Shown piece by piece: positions 16,219-28,981 of a stretch of 64,000 nucleotides of DNA; position 1 is the first letter of the stretch; each line of letters opens with the position of its first letter. The position numbers and the translations under genes were made by a program. Under the pieces are notes generated by a model. That model had not been told where the DNA came from and did no database searches. It was given only the letters and a program-made list of their open reading frames with translations. Where the stretch lies: assembly GCA_003599295.1 (NCBI GenBank), contig QZJK01000011.1:13372-77371 (forward strand), written 5' to 3'. Source of the stretch: Candidatus Parcubacteria bacterium (GTDB taxonomy: Bacteria > Patescibacteriota > Minisyncoccia > Phycocordibacterales > UBA2100).

Positions 16219-16221
16219 GCA

Positions 16222-16938
16222 TCATTGAATGTAGCCGAACTCGCGGAACACTTTTTCGTAGAGGCCGATAACACGCCGAGCTTCGCGCTGATTCAGCGCA
16301 TGTTCGGTGCCATCGTGTGCGATGCGATTCCGTATTTTGTGCGCCTCCCACGCGGCATCGATGGAGTTAAAACTTGCACGGTTTGCTTGCTTCATTTTCT
16401 CCGCCATTGTCTCGCCTTTCAGACCCTGCATATCGAGAAGCTCATTCAGCATGATATCCGCCTCAAGAATGGCGAGGCGCCACCCATGCTCCGCGCCGCC
16501 GCGTGCCTGCTCCAATACCCTCGCCCAGCGAAGCTGGGTTCTCGGAATATCTTTCGAGGCGACCGGTCGTTGTGCGGCCGCAAGCATTTTTCTCTCATGA
16601 CGGCGGAGGAAATATACGCGCGCTCCGCAGTAGGCGGCAACGGCGATGAACGGAAGGCTTACCGCAACGGAAAGGAGCACGAATACGTACCATCCTTGCG
16701 CTATCGCACTATACGTTTCTGGCCCCGACACGCTTTCTAAAAACACGGGAAAATTCGAGGCGCTTAACGGCCACGCGAGCGGACGGACTGCTTCTACGGC
16801 CGGCTCCGCCGCAGGACCTGCGTTATTTATGGAATTGAATATGGTCGCGATGACACTCGGCACCCAATTGAACACGACGTCGCCGAAAAATCCGAACGTA
16901 TCCGACAGCGATTCACCGAGCGTTGGTTCCCCACCCAT
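16222..16938 (-). CDS. Hypothetical membrane protein
   Basis: One TM, then WRLAILEADIML...AWEAHKIRNRIAH (HEPN-like R-x4-H). Confidence 0.75.
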   Translation of the reverse strand: MGGEPTLGESLSDTFGFFGDVVFNWVPSVIATIFNSINNAGPAAEPAVEAVRPLAWPLSASNFPVFLESVSGPETYSAIAQGWYVFVLLSVAVSLPFIAVAAYCGARVYFLRRHERKMLAAAQRPVASKDIPRTQLRWARVLEQARGGAEHGWRLAILEADIMLNELLDMQGLKGETMAEKMKQANRASFNSIDAAWEAHKIRNRIAHDGTEHALNQREARRVIGLYEKVFREFGYIQ

Positions 16939-16956
16939 GGCACTAGTATACCGCTA

Positions 16957-18369
16957 CTACGACTTACTTTCGGCGTCCTCCCCTATTGCAAAGAGTGTTT
17001 CTTCCCTGCCGTGCGGAGCGATTATTTGGAACCCGACGGGGAGCGCGACGCCGTCGCGCATAACAGTTCCAGAAGGAACGGAAATAGCGGGCACGCCGGC
17101 GAGATTTGCAGGCGTCGCAAAAATATCTTCCGCATACATTGCAAGCGGATCCGACTTTGCACCAAACGTGAACGCGGGTGAAGGAGTTGTAGGCATAACG
17201 ACCGCGTCTACGCTCTCAAACTCCCGTTCAAAATCAGTGCGGATAAGCTCGCGCACCGCGCGCGCCTTCCGATAATACGCATCCGCGTAGCCTGATGAAA
17301 GCACGAACGTGCCGATAAGGATGCGGCGGCGCACTTCCCGACCGAAACCGAGAGCGCGAGTCTTCGAGTACACTTCTCCTATCGAATCCGCACGCACGGA
17401 GAGCCCGTAGCGAATACCGTCGTAGCGAGCAAGATTCGTCGACGCTTCAGCAGGCTGAATGATGTAGTACACGGCAAGCGAGAAGGCAAGATTCGGGAGT
17501 AGAACATCGCGTATTTTGTAGCCCTTGTCTTTCAGATGCTGGAGCGTTGTTTCGAAACGTTGAAGTACATCAGGCTCGGAACCCTCCGCAAGAAATGCCC
17601 ACGGCACCCCGAGCGTACGCGACTTCGTATCGTTTGCGGTAACGTCAGGAAGCGACGTGCTGTCCTTTGGGTCGTGTCCGCGTATCGCTTCAAATACTAT
17701 GCGCGCATCTTCGACCGTTTTCGTTAATGGACCGATCTGATCGAGCGACGACGCGAGCGCCATCAATCCGAAGCGCGACACCGCGCCATAGGTGGGCTTC
17801 ATGCCGACGATGCCAGTCAAAGACGCTGGCTGGCGGATGGAGCCGCCAGTGTCACTTCCAAGCGCCGCAAGTGCCATTGTGCCGGACACCGCGGCCGCAG
17901 AGCCGCCGGAGGAGCCGCCGGGAACACGCCTCGTATCGTGAGGGTTTTTGGTAACTCCGTACGCTGAAGTCTCGGTGGAGCTGCCCATCGCGAATTCATC
18001 CATGTTCGTGCGGCCCAAGAAGACAACTTTTTGCGCCTTAAGTTTTGTCGTTACTGTCGCATCGTACGATGCACGGTAGTTCTCAAGTATCTTCGAAGCG
18101 GCGGATGCAGTGCGCCCTTCGATAAGAATGTTGTCTTTCATCGCGAGCGGAATGCCGGTCAACGGTTGGATGTCATTCCGTGCTATCGCTTCATCGGCGG
18201 CTTTCGCCTCAGTGCGAGCTTCTTTTTCCCAGACTTCGAGGTATGCGTGGATATCGCCGTCTTTTTTCGCGATCGCATCAAGGTACGCGTTCGTCAGTTC
18301 AAGCGCCGAATATTCCTTAGAATCGAGCGCGCGGCGCGCCTCTGCAATGGTTAAAGATTCAAGATTCAT
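16957..18369 (-). CDS. gatA: Glu-tRNA(Gln) amidotransferase subunit A
   Basis: GGSSGGS, GSDTGGSIRQPA, NLARYDGIRYG. Confidence 0.97.
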   Translation of the reverse strand: MNLESLTIAEARRALDSKEYSALELTNAYLDAIAKKDGDIHAYLEVWEKEARTEAKAADEAIARNDIQPLTGIPLAMKDNILIEGRTASAASKILENYRASYDATVTTKLKAQKVVFLGRTNMDEFAMGSSTETSAYGVTKNPHDTRRVPGGSSGGSAAAVSGTMALAALGSDTGGSIRQPASLTGIVGMKPTYGAVSRFGLMALASSLDQIGPLTKTVEDARIVFEAIRGHDPKDSTSLPDVTANDTKSRTLGVPWAFLAEGSEPDVLQRFETTLQHLKDKGYKIRDVLLPNLAFSLAVYYIIQPAEASTNLARYDGIRYGLSVRADSIGEVYSKTRALGFGREVRRRILIGTFVLSSGYADAYYRKARAVRELIRTDFEREFESVDAVVMPTTPSPAFTFGAKSDPLAMYAEDIFATPANLAGVPAISVPSGTVMRDGVALPVGFQIIAPHGREETLFAIGEDAESKS

Positions 18370-18372
18370 GAT

Positions 18373-20726
<2,354 letters not shown>

Positions 20727-20744
20727 TTATTCCGCTCTATGCGA

Positions 20745-22175
20745 TTAGTACCGAAGTTCAACTGACCGCTGCAGTGTGCGCGGATTCGTCGAGATAGTGG
20801 CGCAATTCGTACTGAATCCATCCGCGCGAACGGTCGTCCGAACGGCTTGGCTCGCGCCGCTTCGAGTCTTCTCGACAGAGACGTCGACGCAGTACCCGTT
20901 CGGTTCGAACTGGAACGTCTGCGGATTGCCGTAGCTTGTAAACGGGGAGATATTCAAAGCTTCACCGTCGCATGTGGCTGACACTGGTCCTGTGCCCCCA
21001 CTACCTCCACCACCGTCCGCTCCAGCGGGCGTATATGTAATAACGATTATTCCTCCAGCTCCCGCACCTGCGCTCGATGCATCACCTCCTTTGCCGCCTC
21101 CACCTGCTCCATATGACCCACCGGCTCCGCCGCGGCCCTCGTCGCCGCCTCCTGCGCCGCCACCACCTGCACCTTGCGCGCCCCATTCAATACCACTGCC
21201 ACCATTTCCTCCGGTGCCCGGATTTCCGAATCCGCCGCCACCGCCGCCACCGCCGTTGGTACCGCTTTGGCCGGGATCTCCAGAAGAACCTCCCGCGCCA
21301 CCACCTGAACCGGATGAGTTATTTCCTCCTCTGCCACCTGTTTTTCCTGAAGCATTTGCTCCTGCCGTTCCGCCGCCACTGCCACCGCCGCCACCACCCG
21401 CTTCATTTCCTGTACCAGCGCTCCCATTGCCACCGTTCCTTCCGGCGCCATTCGGCCCGGCAGCGCCACCGCCTCCGCCACCGCCGGATACATCGCCGCT
21501 GCCTGAACTTCCCCCACTCCCACCCGCAAATTTCGTCGTGCCAACGCCAGATGTCGGCCCTCCTGCTCCACCAACGTTTCCGTTCCCCGCGCTTCCCCCA
21601 TTCGCACACACTGTTGAATCGGCACAACTTGTGCCATTGAAATACGTATCGCCGCCGCTTCCTCCTTGCCCGCCGCCAGAACCGACGGAATAACCAATGG
21701 AACTCCCGGGCGTGAGATTGACATTCGTTACTTTAGAATACGCGCCGCCACCGCCACCGCCCGTTGGAGAATTGCCGCCGCCGCTATCACCGCCTCCTCC
21801 GCCACCGATGACCTCTATCGAATTGTTGGAATCATTCCAATCGGCGGGGACTGTCCACGAACTGCCCGACGTGCGTACGATGGTGATCTCCGCTCCTCCG
21901 CCACCGCCGCCACCGCCTGCTGCTGCCGGTCCGAATGCTTGATGTCGAAAATCCCAATAGAGAGCGCATTCGGCACCGGTATCTGCCGCATAGAATGCAA
22001 ATTGCGAATCGCGTCCTATTGAAGAGAGCGTGAGCTCCTTTTGCGCGACACCGAAAATCGAGGCGCCCAGCGCAAGCACGATTGACGCAACGAGGGCCGC
22101 CAAAAGAAGCGTAAAGCCGCGCTCTCCGCTTCGCTTCTCTGTCATCTTGTTTATGTATTGAAACATACTCGTCAT
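20745..22175 (-). CDS. PilX-like minor pilin with inserted glycine-rich domain
   Basis: RG|FTLLLA (no E5), AFYAADTGAECALY, ~300-aa Gly-rich insert, QRSVELRY end. Confidence 0.8.
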   Translation of the reverse strand: MTSMFQYINKMTEKRSGERGFTLLLAALVASIVLALGASIFGVAQKELTLSSIGRDSQFAFYAADTGAECALYWDFRHQAFGPAAAGGGGGGGGAEITIVRTSGSSWTVPADWNDSNNSIEVIGGGGGGDSGGGNSPTGGGGGGAYSKVTNVNLTPGSSIGYSVGSGGGQGGSGGDTYFNGTSCADSTVCANGGSAGNGNVGGAGGPTSGVGTTKFAGGSGGSSGSGDVSGGGGGGGAAGPNGAGRNGGNGSAGTGNEAGGGGGGSGGGTAGANASGKTGGRGGNNSSGSGGGAGGSSGDPGQSGTNGGGGGGGGFGNPGTGGNGGSGIEWGAQGAGGGGAGGGDEGRGGAGGSYGAGGGGKGGDASSAGAGAGGIIVITYTPAGADGGGGSGGTGPVSATCDGEALNISPFTSYGNPQTFQFEPNGYCVDVSVEKTRSGASQAVRTTVRADGFSTNCATISTNPRTLQRSVELRY

Positions 22176-23338
22176 TCCCAGGTTATTTCTACACGGCCAG
22201 GTGCACCCGCGCCTCCAGGACCGCCCCCTGTGCCTCCGAGGCCTCCGCCTCCGACAACGACCGTCATTTGAGAACCGGCGCTTAGGCTTCCGGCAGAGTA
22301 CGTTCTGCTCACGTATCCTCCGCTTCCACCGCCTCCGCCGTGGATCGTTCCTGAACCTTCGTCGCCGCCACCGCCGCCGGCACCGGGTGCGCTCCCAGTC
22401 GAGCCGGCTGTATTGTTGCCCCCCACGCCACCAGCGCCTCCGTCTCCGGGTGCACTTCCGCCTGCGCCGCCAGCGGCTGACGTCGTGTTTATGCCGGAAT
22501 TTCCGGGAGTGTTAACCGTCCCGCCTGTAGCAGTCCCGCCAGCACCTCCTTGGCCGCCGCCGGAGTATCCGCCTCTGCCGCCTTGACCACCGCCCGCTGT
22601 CCGCGTAGCGCCAGCGACTGTTATCGATGTGGCGCCACCAGGGTCTCCATCTCCCGCGGAGCCGCTTGCTTCCGAGCCACCGCCCGCGCCGCCGCCCCAA
22701 AGCTTCACGACGAGGCTCGTCGCATACTCGGGCACCAAGAACGTGTATTGGCCGGGAACGGAGAACGTAATCGCGTTTCCAGATGCTGTATCGTCGCCTC
22801 CACCACCGGACACGGAAGAGTCCGCTATCCAACGGTAGAGATTCTCCGATATCGTGAATGTGCGTGTCTGGAATGAACCGGAGCGCCAAGAAACGGTGAC
22901 CGACACCCGCACTTCATCGTCATTGCCCGACACGGGTTCCGCGCGCACCGTGCGCGTGAAGCGTGTAGCGACCCACGGCGACCCGTTCTCGTATCCATAG
23001 AGTTCCCCGTCCGTTTTAAGAGGCGGACACGTCACCGGACACTGCGTCATGCTGCCATTCCGGGTATCAACGGTGAATGGCTGGCCGGTGATGGAGGGAA
23101 TGCCGGTCAGAAGGTCCACTGAAGCACCCAGTGCATTCTGAAGAATATTCCCATCGCGCACATTGCGAACGGTTTCAACAGCTTCCTGCGCAAGATGGAA
23201 TGCCGTTATCTGGTCTCTCGCATAGTACGCGGCCGAAAGACTGCGCGCCGTAAGCGTCATCGGCGCGACGACTGCGACCGTAAGGAGCGAGACCGCCACC
23301 AATGTTTCTATGAGTGTGAAGCCTTTTTTCATGGTCAT
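22172..23338 (-). CDS. PilV-like minor pilin with C-terminal glycine-rich domain
   Basis: KG|FTLIE prepilin motif, LAQEAVETVR, Gly-rich C-terminal half. Confidence 0.82.
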   Translation of the reverse strand: MTMKKGFTLIETLVAVSLLTVAVVAPMTLTARSLSAAYYARDQITAFHLAQEAVETVRNVRDGNILQNALGASVDLLTGIPSITGQPFTVDTRNGSMTQCPVTCPPLKTDGELYGYENGSPWVATRFTRTVRAEPVSGNDDEVRVSVTVSWRSGSFQTRTFTISENLYRWIADSSVSGGGGDDTASGNAITFSVPGQYTFLVPEYATSLVVKLWGGGAGGGSEASGSAGDGDPGGATSITVAGATRTAGGGQGGRGGYSGGGQGGAGGTATGGTVNTPGNSGINTTSAAGGAGGSAPGDGGAGGVGGNNTAGSTGSAPGAGGGGGDEGSGTIHGGGGGSGGYVSRTYSAGSLSAGSQMTVVVGGGGLGGTGGGPGGAGAPGRVEITWE

Positions 23339-23901
23339 AGGTCAAGGGCGCGCTGGACGGCGGTCGCTTGGATGTGGAACGTGGTGCGCGTTTTTACCTT
23401 GTCCGCGCCCGCGGTCCCTTTGATGGAAATGACCACTTTCGGCTGGCTCGTGTCGCCCGGCGTCGTGCCGATGACGTAGAATTTCATGCTGTCGATAGTG
23501 ACGGACGGTGAAGTAATGGCGATCGAATTTTGACCGGAATTCTCCGATTTATAAATGCGTTTGGTCGACGCATCGTAGAGGTATACCCATTGGTCGCCTG
23601 CATCACCTCTGTCTCCCCCGAATGCCTCGAATGCGAGCACGGTGTCGCCGTTCCCGCAATCGCGCGCCAGAGAATACTCTCCTCCACCGCAATGGTAGAC
23701 GCTCCCCATGCGAAGTGCGCGCACCATGCTGTCGAGTGCAATATTCAAATTGTTCATGACGGAATGAAGCGCCTGAGTTTTCCGATTCGCATCAACGAGC
23801 GAAAGAAGGGCCGTGACGGAAACGAGCATGACGACAGCGAAGAGCGCCGTCGAAACTATCATTTCAATGAGCGTAAATCCTTTATCTCCTTTCATGCTCA
23901 T
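23335..23901 (-). CDS. PilW-like minor pilin
   Basis: KG|FTLIE prepilin motif. Confidence 0.85.
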   Translation of the reverse strand: MSMKGDKGFTLIEMIVSTALFAVVMLVSVTALLSLVDANRKTQALHSVMNNLNIALDSMVRALRMGSVYHCGGGEYSLARDCGNGDTVLAFEAFGGDRGDAGDQWVYLYDASTKRIYKSENSGQNSIAITSPSVTIDSMKFYVIGTTPGDTSQPKVVISIKGTAGADKVKTRTTFHIQATAVQRALDL

Positions 23902-23904
23902 ACA

Positions 23905-24558
23905 TTATTGAACGGATATCTGTCCCGTGGACTCGACAATGACGCTTGCCTGGTCGCCCCGCGGCGATTCGAGGAGGACGCGTCCGCGTTCGTAGAGGGC
24001 TGCCGGATTCGCGACACCAGAGATGCCGTTCGCGCTGATGAAGGCATCTGGCTCCGGCCGTCGGAACATCAGGTCAAGCCTATTTAATCCGCATGTTTCC
24101 GTGGTGCTTCCCGGCGCAGTTACGCAAATATCGGCGGTATGAAATCCTCTCTGCATCGTTATCGACTCGACGAGTTCGTTCTGATTCGATTGGTATATGC
24201 CGTCTCCCGTCGCGGAAGGAAATGTGTCCGCGAACAAGACGTACACCGTGGGAGAATTGATGCTGAAATGCATGCCATATCCTGCGCTGAACTCGCTCTC
24301 GCCAAAACGGCGCACTGCTATCCCGTACACTTGCGCCTTCCGTACGGACAACGCGACATCATAGGCAAGGTTCTCAAGTAAAATCGCGCCTCCGAATCGG
24401 GCGTTATTCGCGAGCATGATACCGGTAATGAGGACAAGTATCCCGGTGACCACGATAAGCTCCGCCAAGGTGAAGCCCCGTTCTTTCCGCCGGCTTGGTT
24501 TCGTTCCATGCGAAAAACCATTAGCGGTCTCTGGATTCGCGGAATGTACTCGGCTCAT
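23905..24558 (-). CDS. FimT/FimU-like minor pilin
   Basis: RG|FTLAE motif; ATGA overlap with the pilD stop. Confidence 0.82.
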   Translation of the reverse strand: MSRVHSANPETANGFSHGTKPSRRKERGFTLAELIVVTGILVLITGIMLANNARFGGAILLENLAYDVALSVRKAQVYGIAVRRFGESEFSAGYGMHFSINSPTVYVLFADTFPSATGDGIYQSNQNELVESITMQRGFHTADICVTAPGSTTETCGLNRLDLMFRRPEPDAFISANGISGVANPAALYERGRVLLESPRGDQASVIVESTGQISVQ

Positions 24559-25364
24559 AGGGGCAGGGGAAGCGCGTATAGGTGCGCGAACCACACGATT
24601 AGGCAACTCGCGACGAGAAATGGCCCGAACGGCACCTCGCTTTTCATTGTAAATCGCATTCGCCCATCACGGAATGCGGGTATGGGAATAAGTGTCCGCA
24701 CGAATCCCTGCACTGCATCGCTAGACATCGCAAGAAGCGGCAAGGAGACGGCTGCGCCCAGAATGAATGCGAAGAGGACCGCTATGAGGCCGCCCTCAAT
24801 GCCGAGGAGCCATCCTATCGAGAGCGCCAGCTTCGAATCGCCGAGGCCCATCCATTTCCCGTCCGATACGAGCCACAGAAGAAAAAGTGGGAGCGCAGTC
24901 AAAGGCCCCGCGAGTACCGCAAAAGCGTATGAAGCGCCTGTGCCGACGACCCCAAAGAGAGCCGCGGAGAGCGTAAGTATGCCGCACATAAGCACCCATC
25001 GGTCGGGAATGATGGTCGTGCGGAGGTCATGCACGGCGATAGCGAGGAGAAGTGCCGCGATGGGGAGTGCCACGAGTTTGAACGGTAGCTCTATGGGAGC
25101 GGCACCGATGAGCGCGAACAATACCGCAGTAGAGAGTTCAACAAGCGGATACTGGAGGGAAATACGCGCTTTGCAATCTCGACAGCGGCCGCCGAGGAGC
25201 ACCCATGAAAGAACGGGTACGAGATCATGTGACCGAATGCGCGCCCTGCATGAGGGACAGACGCTTCGACCGGAGATAGTTTCTTTCCCTTCTCGCAGAA
25301 CGAGAACGTTCAAGAAACTCCCGACGATGAGGCCGAACGAACCGAATACAAGGACGAGTGTCAT
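24555..25364 (-). CDS. pilD: Prepilin peptidase
   Basis: GSFLNV, CPSC/CRDC, GLGD, VPFGPFL. Confidence 0.95.
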   Translation of the reverse strand: MTLVLVFGSFGLIVGSFLNVLVLREGKETISGRSVCPSCRARIRSHDLVPVLSWVLLGGRCRDCKARISLQYPLVELSTAVLFALIGAAPIELPFKLVALPIAALLLAIAVHDLRTTIIPDRWVLMCGILTLSAALFGVVGTGASYAFAVLAGPLTALPLFLLWLVSDGKWMGLGDSKLALSIGWLLGIEGGLIAVLFAFILGAAVSLPLLAMSSDAVQGFVRTLIPIPAFRDGRMRFTMKSEVPFGPFLVASCLIVWFAHLYALPLPL

Positions 25365-25381
25365 TAGGAAGGATTATCGCA

Positions 25382-25408
25382 CAAAACCCCGCACGAGGCG
25401 GGGTTTTG
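25382..25408. terminator. Bidirectional-type terminator after the major pilin
   Basis: CAAAACCCCGC-acgag-GCGGGGTTTTG. Confidence 0.75.
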
Positions 25409-25431
25409 ATGCCGATTGTTTTGCTCTACGA

Positions 25432-25929
25432 TTATGGCTTCACGTCGTAGACAGGATCGGTGCCGGCAAAGTCAGCACCGCTTCCCGTACAGATACCGGT
25501 GCTTGCCGCGGCATCCGCGTCCGAATCAAGCGCCGCGTTGTTGGTGATCTCGAGCGTCGCTCCGAGGTGATACGAGGAGCAGGTCGTTCCGGAGCCGAGT
25601 GCCGCGTACGAGTAGGGGCTTCCTGTCGACGGATCCTCGGGGATAGCCGAGATGAACCCGCCCGTTACGAGAGGACTGCTTGCCGTCGTTCCGATGGTTG
25701 TGGGGTATCCCGTCGTCGGGTTCGAGTCGTAATACAGTTCAAGCGCAAGCTGGAGCTGCTTGACATCGGAGACGCGTCGCGCGTCGCGGCCCTTCTGGCG
25801 AGCGCTATTGAGGGACGCCAACACGATAGACGAGAGAATACCGATTATCGCGATCACGACGAGAAGTTCGATCAGGGTGAATCCTTTCGATCCCCGTATA
25901 CCGTAACCGCGCATTGAAATAAGTGGCAT
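25432..25929 (-). CDS. Major type IV pilin (PilA/GspG-like)
   Basis: KG|FTLIELLVVIAIIGIL...ARQKGRDARR; own terminator. Confidence 0.92.
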   Translation of the reverse strand: MPLISMRGYGIRGSKGFTLIELLVVIAIIGILSSIVLASLNSARQKGRDARRVSDVKQLQLALELYYDSNPTTGYPTTIGTTASSPLVTGGFISAIPEDPSTGSPYSYAALGSGTTCSSYHLGATLEITNNAALDSDADAAASTGICTGSGADFAGTDPVYDVKP

Positions 25930-26060
25930 GAGTCTTATATGCTATTAGTTGATAATTAAGGTGTACCCGTATTGTACCCCCTCTCTTCTTCGAGGGGAGA
26001 CGACCTGTGGATAGTTCATTTTTCTTGAAAAAGCCCCAGATTTCAGGGATTTTTAATCCA

Positions 26061-27272
26061 TTAGAATCCAGAGGCGATATTATAAATAGGGATGAGGACC
26101 GAGGCGAGAAGGACGGCAACGCCGAGCGCAAGCGCGACTATCATGATGGGCTCGATGAGGGAGACCAGCGTGTCAACCGAGTGATTCACCTCACGGCGGT
26201 AGAATTTGCCCATGGTGTCGAGCACGTGGCTCGTATTACCCGTCTCCTCACCTATCTTCAACATTGCGACGACGATACCCGGAACCTCGGGGTGTTTCCG
26301 CAAGGCCTCGGAGACCGGAAGTCCCGATTTTACGTCAGTCGCAGCCGCCTTAAGTATTTTTTCATAGGTGACGTCACCGACGACATTCGCGGTTATCTCG
26401 AGGCTGTTCAGCATTTGGATGCCGCTTCGGAGCATGGTGGAAAGGTTGTCCGCGATGCGGGAAAGGTAGAGCTTTTTGTAAATGCCTCCGATGACAGGGA
26501 CTTGCATGCGCGCTCGCGAATACGTCTCCTTCCCCGCCGGTGTCGTCCCGAAGCGTACGAGAAAGATGCCGCTCCCGACCAAGAGGATGCTTAAGAGAAG
26601 AATGTGCGTAGAGAGGAACTCGCTGATGCCTATCACGATGCGCGTATATATCGGTATGTCCTGGCCCACTTCGTTCAAAATGTCCGCGAGATTCGGGATG
26701 ACGACCGTCAGCATGATGCCCATGACGACGACGAACGTAAGCATGATAAAAGCCGGGTAGATAAGAGCATTCCGCGCTTTCTGTGTTATTTCATAGTTCC
26801 TGTCGAGATAATCCGAGAGGAACGTAAAGGTCTCGTCCAGTTTTCCGGACTCTTCGCCGACGCGCACCATGTTGACATAGAATGGAGAGAACACGTCCGG
26901 ATGCCTCGAGAGTGCGTTCGATATCGTGCTGCCGTTCTGGATGTCATTCGCTATCTCGAGCAGTTTTGCCCCTAGTTTCGGCGTTCGCGCTTCGGCAGCA
27001 AGAAGACGGAACGCGCGAAGCGCGGATACTTGTGCTTCGAAAAGCGTCGTCATTTGCCGCGAAATAATGACGATGTCAGCGTTCGTGACGCGGTCGAACA
27101 AGCTGATGCGACTCAAAAGCGCCGAGGATTTCTCTTCGACCGGATTAATAGCCGATATCACCAGACTGCGCCGCTGGAGCGCCGCTATCGCCACGTCGAT
27201 ATTAATGGCATCAATGGTCCCCTGACGCTCGGCGCCTTCGGCATCGATGGCTGTATAGGAGAACAAACTCAT
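26061..27272 (-). CDS. pilC: Type IV pilus platform protein
   Basis: Two T2SSF repeats (GEESGKLD, GEETGN), ALIYP, LIEP. Confidence 0.95.
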   Translation of the reverse strand: MSLFSYTAIDAEGAERQGTIDAINIDVAIAALQRRSLVISAINPVEEKSSALLSRISLFDRVTNADIVIISRQMTTLFEAQVSALRAFRLLAAEARTPKLGAKLLEIANDIQNGSTISNALSRHPDVFSPFYVNMVRVGEESGKLDETFTFLSDYLDRNYEITQKARNALIYPAFIMLTFVVVMGIMLTVVIPNLADILNEVGQDIPIYTRIVIGISEFLSTHILLLSILLVGSGIFLVRFGTTPAGKETYSRARMQVPVIGGIYKKLYLSRIADNLSTMLRSGIQMLNSLEITANVVGDVTYEKILKAAATDVKSGLPVSEALRKHPEVPGIVVAMLKIGEETGNTSHVLDTMGKFYRREVNHSVDTLVSLIEPIMIVALALGVAVLLASVLIPIYNIASGF

Positions 27273-27281
27273 AGCCAGTCC

Positions 27282-28346
27282 CTAGAGAAGCCGCTGAAGC
27301 ACATTTGGATTCAGCGAGTATTGGTACGCGCTCTCGACGGTAATCTCGCCGCGCGCGACCAATTCCGCGAGCGAGCGGTTCATGTCTATCATGCCCTCCC
27401 CGGAACCGGTCTCGATGACCGTGTTTATTTCGTGCGTCCGCTTCTCGCGGATGAGATTCGCGACCGCCTTGTTGTTGACGAGGAGCTCATATGTCGGAAT
27501 GAGGCCGCCGGAGACGCGCGGAATAAGGCGCTGACTGAAGATGCCGGCCATGGAAGCCGCGAGCTGGAGCCGTATCTGGTCCTGCTGCGATGCGGGGAAG
27601 GTGTCGATGATGCGGTCGATGGTCTGTGCGGCATTGTTCGTATGAAGCGTCGAGAAGACGAGGTGTCCGGTCTCCGCAGCTGTGACTGCGGCGGCCATCG
27701 TCTCCGGTCCACGCATCTCGCCAACGAGAATGACGTCTACGTCTTGGCGAAAAGCCGATTGGAGCGCAGTCGCGAAATCTTTCGTGTCAATGCGCACTTC
27801 GCGCTGGTCTATGAGCGACTGCTTCGGCTGATAGACGTATTCCACCGGGTCCTCGATGGTCACGATATGTTCCATTCTCTCGACATTGATGAGTTCTATG
27901 AGGGCGGCGAGGGTCGTGGTCTTTCCTTGCCCCACCGGCCCGACCACCAAGAAGAATCCTTGGGATTTGCGGGCGAAGCTGGTCAGGACGTCCGGCAAAT
28001 TCAATTCCTGTACCGTACGGATGGTTTTTGGTATCAGACGAAGCGCGATACCGACGCTTCCTCTCTGAAAGAACGCATTGCCTCGGAATCGGGCGTTTTC
28101 ATCGCTTTCATAGGCAAAGTCCACTTCCTGCTCGACAAGAAAATGCTCCATTTGCTTATCCGTGAGGAGAGCTTTCAAGAAACCCATCGTGTCATCGGGC
28201 GTCAGAGGCGGCTCCTTCAGCATGGGCGTGAGGGCGCCGGCGACGCGGATGGTCGGATGCGCGTCTGTTGAGAAGTGGAGGTCGCTTCCGCCCTCGTGCT
28301 CAAGGACGTTTATGTATTTTTTGAGCGTTGCCGCGTAGTCTGTCAT
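27282..28346 (-). CDS. pilT: Pilus retraction ATPase
   Basis: GPVGQGKTT, TIEDPVE, VGEMR, AETGHLV, STLHTN, ANLIRE. Confidence 0.95.
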   Translation of the reverse strand: MTDYAATLKKYINVLEHEGGSDLHFSTDAHPTIRVAGALTPMLKEPPLTPDDTMGFLKALLTDKQMEHFLVEQEVDFAYESDENARFRGNAFFQRGSVGIALRLIPKTIRTVQELNLPDVLTSFARKSQGFFLVVGPVGQGKTTTLAALIELINVERMEHIVTIEDPVEYVYQPKQSLIDQREVRIDTKDFATALQSAFRQDVDVILVGEMRGPETMAAAVTAAETGHLVFSTLHTNNAAQTIDRIIDTFPASQQDQIRLQLAASMAGIFSQRLIPRVSGGLIPTYELLVNNKAVANLIREKRTHEINTVIETGSGEGMIDMNRSLAELVARGEITVESAYQYSLNPNVLQRLL

Positions 28347-28463
28347 GATATGTTCAATGAACGCCCGAGTGAAGCGTACACCTGTGATTTTAACACCTTT
28401 CTTTTCAATGCCGGCTTGAAACTGTGAGTATCCGGCAAGAGTCGGCGGTCGTCCGAAGGCGCG

Positions 28464-28892
28464 TTACTTTTTCTTCCCGTGCTTCTTTACCTCTTCCTTC
28501 ACCGCTTCCACGACCTCCGAAGGTATCATGCTGGCTTTCACCACATAGCGATCGACGCCTAAGCCCTCTGCTTTTGCTTTCTCGGCGTCATTCCCCTGAT
28601 TCGTGAGCGCGATCTTTACCGCGTCTGGAGCGAGGTGTTCCGCGTCAAGCGTCTGGAGGAACGAGAACCCGTCATGCTCCGGCATCACGATGTCGAACAC
28701 GATAGCTTCCGCCGCAAACCCGTCGCGCAAGAATCGAAGGGCGTCCGCTACCGATAGACACGCCTGTACATTGAAGCCTGCGCCGGCGAATTTCATGCTG
28801 TACATATCCACGAGGAATTTGTCGTCGTCGATCAGCAGTATGTTCCCCGACGCTCCTTTGCCTTTCTCGCCTTCCGTTTGGTCATTCATCAT
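28464..28892 (-). CDS. Stand-alone response regulator receiver
   Basis: LIDDD, FDIVMPEHDG, LTN, YVVK. Confidence 0.9.
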   Translation of the reverse strand: MMNDQTEGEKGKGASGNILLIDDDKFLVDMYSMKFAGAGFNVQACLSVADALRFLRDGFAAEAIVFDIVMPEHDGFSFLQTLDAEHLAPDAVKIALTNQGNDAEKAKAEGLGVDRYVVKASMIPSEVVEAVKEEVKKHGKKK

Positions 28893-28981
28893 AGGTAATC
28901 TGCTTATTGATACAATTATTCTACTCTACTACATATCTGTGCGAGCCCCCGGGGACTGCCAGGGAAGATGTTTATACGTCC

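Noticed and set aside
20974-21693. Proline-rich 239-aa ORF on the + strand
   Set aside because: Antisense shadow of the glycine-rich pilin.
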